Source: an uncultured Actinomycetes bacterium (GTDB taxonomy: Bacteria > Actinomycetota > Actinomycetes > S36-B12 > CAIYMF01). Taken from it: a stretch of 32,000 bases of DNA. A program made the translations under genes and the position numbers. The number at the start of each line of letters is the position of its first letter. Position 1 is the first letter of the stretch. Positions 31,298 through 32,000 of this stretch are shown here, one piece after another. The notes under the pieces were generated by a model. It was not told the origin of the DNA. It was given only the letters and a program-made list of their open reading frames with translations, and ran no database searches. The DNA lies in the NCBI GenBank assembly GCA_963843975.1, contig CAWJMG010000001.1:990001-1022000 (forward strand), read 5' to 3'.

Positions 31298-31303
31298 TAG
31301 ACT
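31298..31303 (+). promoter_or_regulatory. Candidate -10 hexamer TAGACT for a leaderless transcript starting at GTG 31311
   Basis: A TANNNT hexamer lies exactly 7 nt upstream of the GTG start, with no Shine-Dalgarno. Confidence 0.3.
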
Positions 31304-31310
31304 CGATCAG

Positions 31311-31655
31311 GTGATCTTCAAGGGTGTGGGAGACGGGCGTCCGTACCCCGACCATGCCCTCACGATCTCCGCGTGGGCCGACGTCGCGCCCCGCCAGGTG
31401 CGGCTCGCCGACCTCGTCACCACCAAGCGCACCCTCGACCTCGAGACGCTGCTCGACGAGCAGTCGACGTTCTACGGCGACCTGTTCGCGCACGTCGTGA
31501 AGTGGCAGGGCGTGCTCTACCTCGAGGACGGCCTGCACCGGGCCCTGCGTACGGCGCTGCACGGTCGGCCCGTGCTGCACGCCCGGGTGCTCGACCTGGA
31601 CGACCCCGCCGCGCTCCGCGCGAGCGCCGGAACGACCCGTGGGGGAACTCGATGA
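31311..31655 (+). CDS. Small conserved hypothetical protein with a degenerate ParB/sulfiredoxin-like motif
   Basis: GTG 31311. VIFKGVGDGRPYPDHALTISAWADVAPRQVRLADLVTTKRTLDLETLL...GDLFAHVVKWQGVLYLEDGLHRALRTAL resembles the ParB-N/Srx pattern (VxxLxxTQ...LD...YLxDGHHR). The stop overlaps the next ATG (ATGA 31651-31654). The upstream part of the track ORF (31200-31310) overlaps ffs and is not counted. Confidence 0.6.
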   Translation: MIFKGVGDGRPYPDHALTISAWADVAPRQVRLADLVTTKRTLDLETLLDEQSTFYGDLFAHVVKWQGVLYLEDGLHRALRTALHGRPVLHARVLDLDDPAALRASAGTTRGGTR

Positions 31656-32000
31656 GCATGCTCAGCGGAACGGTCATCGGCCCGAGCGGCGGCGGCCCGC
31701 GCCGGCGCCGCCCGTGGGCCACCGGGCTGCTCGTCGTGCTGATGATGGCCGTGGTCTTCGGCGGCACCTACGGCGCCGTCGTCCTCCTCCGCGGCGGCGG
31801 CAACGAGCCCGGCCCGGGCACGAGTTCGAGCGGCGCCACCCCCGACACCTGCGTGACGGTCACCGTCACCCCGGGCGCCGCACTCCCCGAGCCCGCCACC
31901 GTGACGGTCAACGTCTACAACGCGACTGACCGATCCGGTCTTGCACGCACCACGGCCGACGAGCTGAAGGCTCGGAAGTTCGGCATCGGCGCGGTGGCCA
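31651..32000 (+). CDS. LytR_C (LytR cell-envelope-related C-terminal) domain membrane protein, 3'-truncated by the window edge
   Basis: Hand translation of frame 1 gives MSMLSGTVIGPSGGGPRRRRPWATGLLVVLMMAVVFGGTYGAVVLL (TM) ...TVTVNVYNATDRSGLARTTADELKARKFGIGAVA, the LytR_C signature (VxVxVxNxTxxxGLAxxxAxxL). The ORF is open to the end of the window. Confidence 0.7.

Overview
Very GC-rich (by eye well above 70 %) actinobacterial chromosomal core region. Gene content looks Micrococcales-like; that taxon call is inference. I can support about 33 protein genes, 2 tRNAs and 1 SRP RNA.

Gene order, left to right:
- GH13 glycosidase (5' partial), then a DUF2510 membrane protein, a lipoprotein and a SHOCT membrane protein.
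- A block I recall as syntenic with M. tuberculosis Rv3677c-Rv3683: MBL hydrolase, NUDIX, RidA, DUF4177, two ArsA/Get3-like ATPases, whiB4-like, class A PBP, YqeY, metallophosphoesterase.
- tRNA-Pro.
- A roughly 1048-codon MFS + cNMP-binding + patatin fusion gene.
- MBL hydrolase, small membrane protein, 573-aa secreted Ig-like protein, membrane-anchored EEP nuclease/phosphatase.
- asd and ask.
- Lipoprotein plus M15 peptidase.
- DUF5063, recR, dnaX.
- HxlR/NmrA-like divergent pair, tRNA-Ser, SRP RNA (ffs), small ParB/Srx-like protein, LytR_C protein (3' partial).

I found no CRISPR array, transposase, integrase, toxin-antitoxin pair or recognisable defence system, and I cannot honestly claim a novel multi-gene system here.

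The most unusual signal is cross-cutting. Eight otherwise well-conserved genes each carry one single-base frame break, and every break lies on or next to an AGCT(C) site; four are in the identical heptamer GAGCTGC. This points to a motif-specific sequencing artefact, possibly linked to base modification, rather than real pseudogenes.

Secondary points of interest are the MFS-cNMP-patatin fusion, a truncated copy of the tRNA-Pro 3' end 158 bp downstream of the gene, and several unusually long perfect hairpins or operator-like palindromes in intergenic DNA. Many long alternative-frame ORFs in the supplied track are high-GC artefacts.
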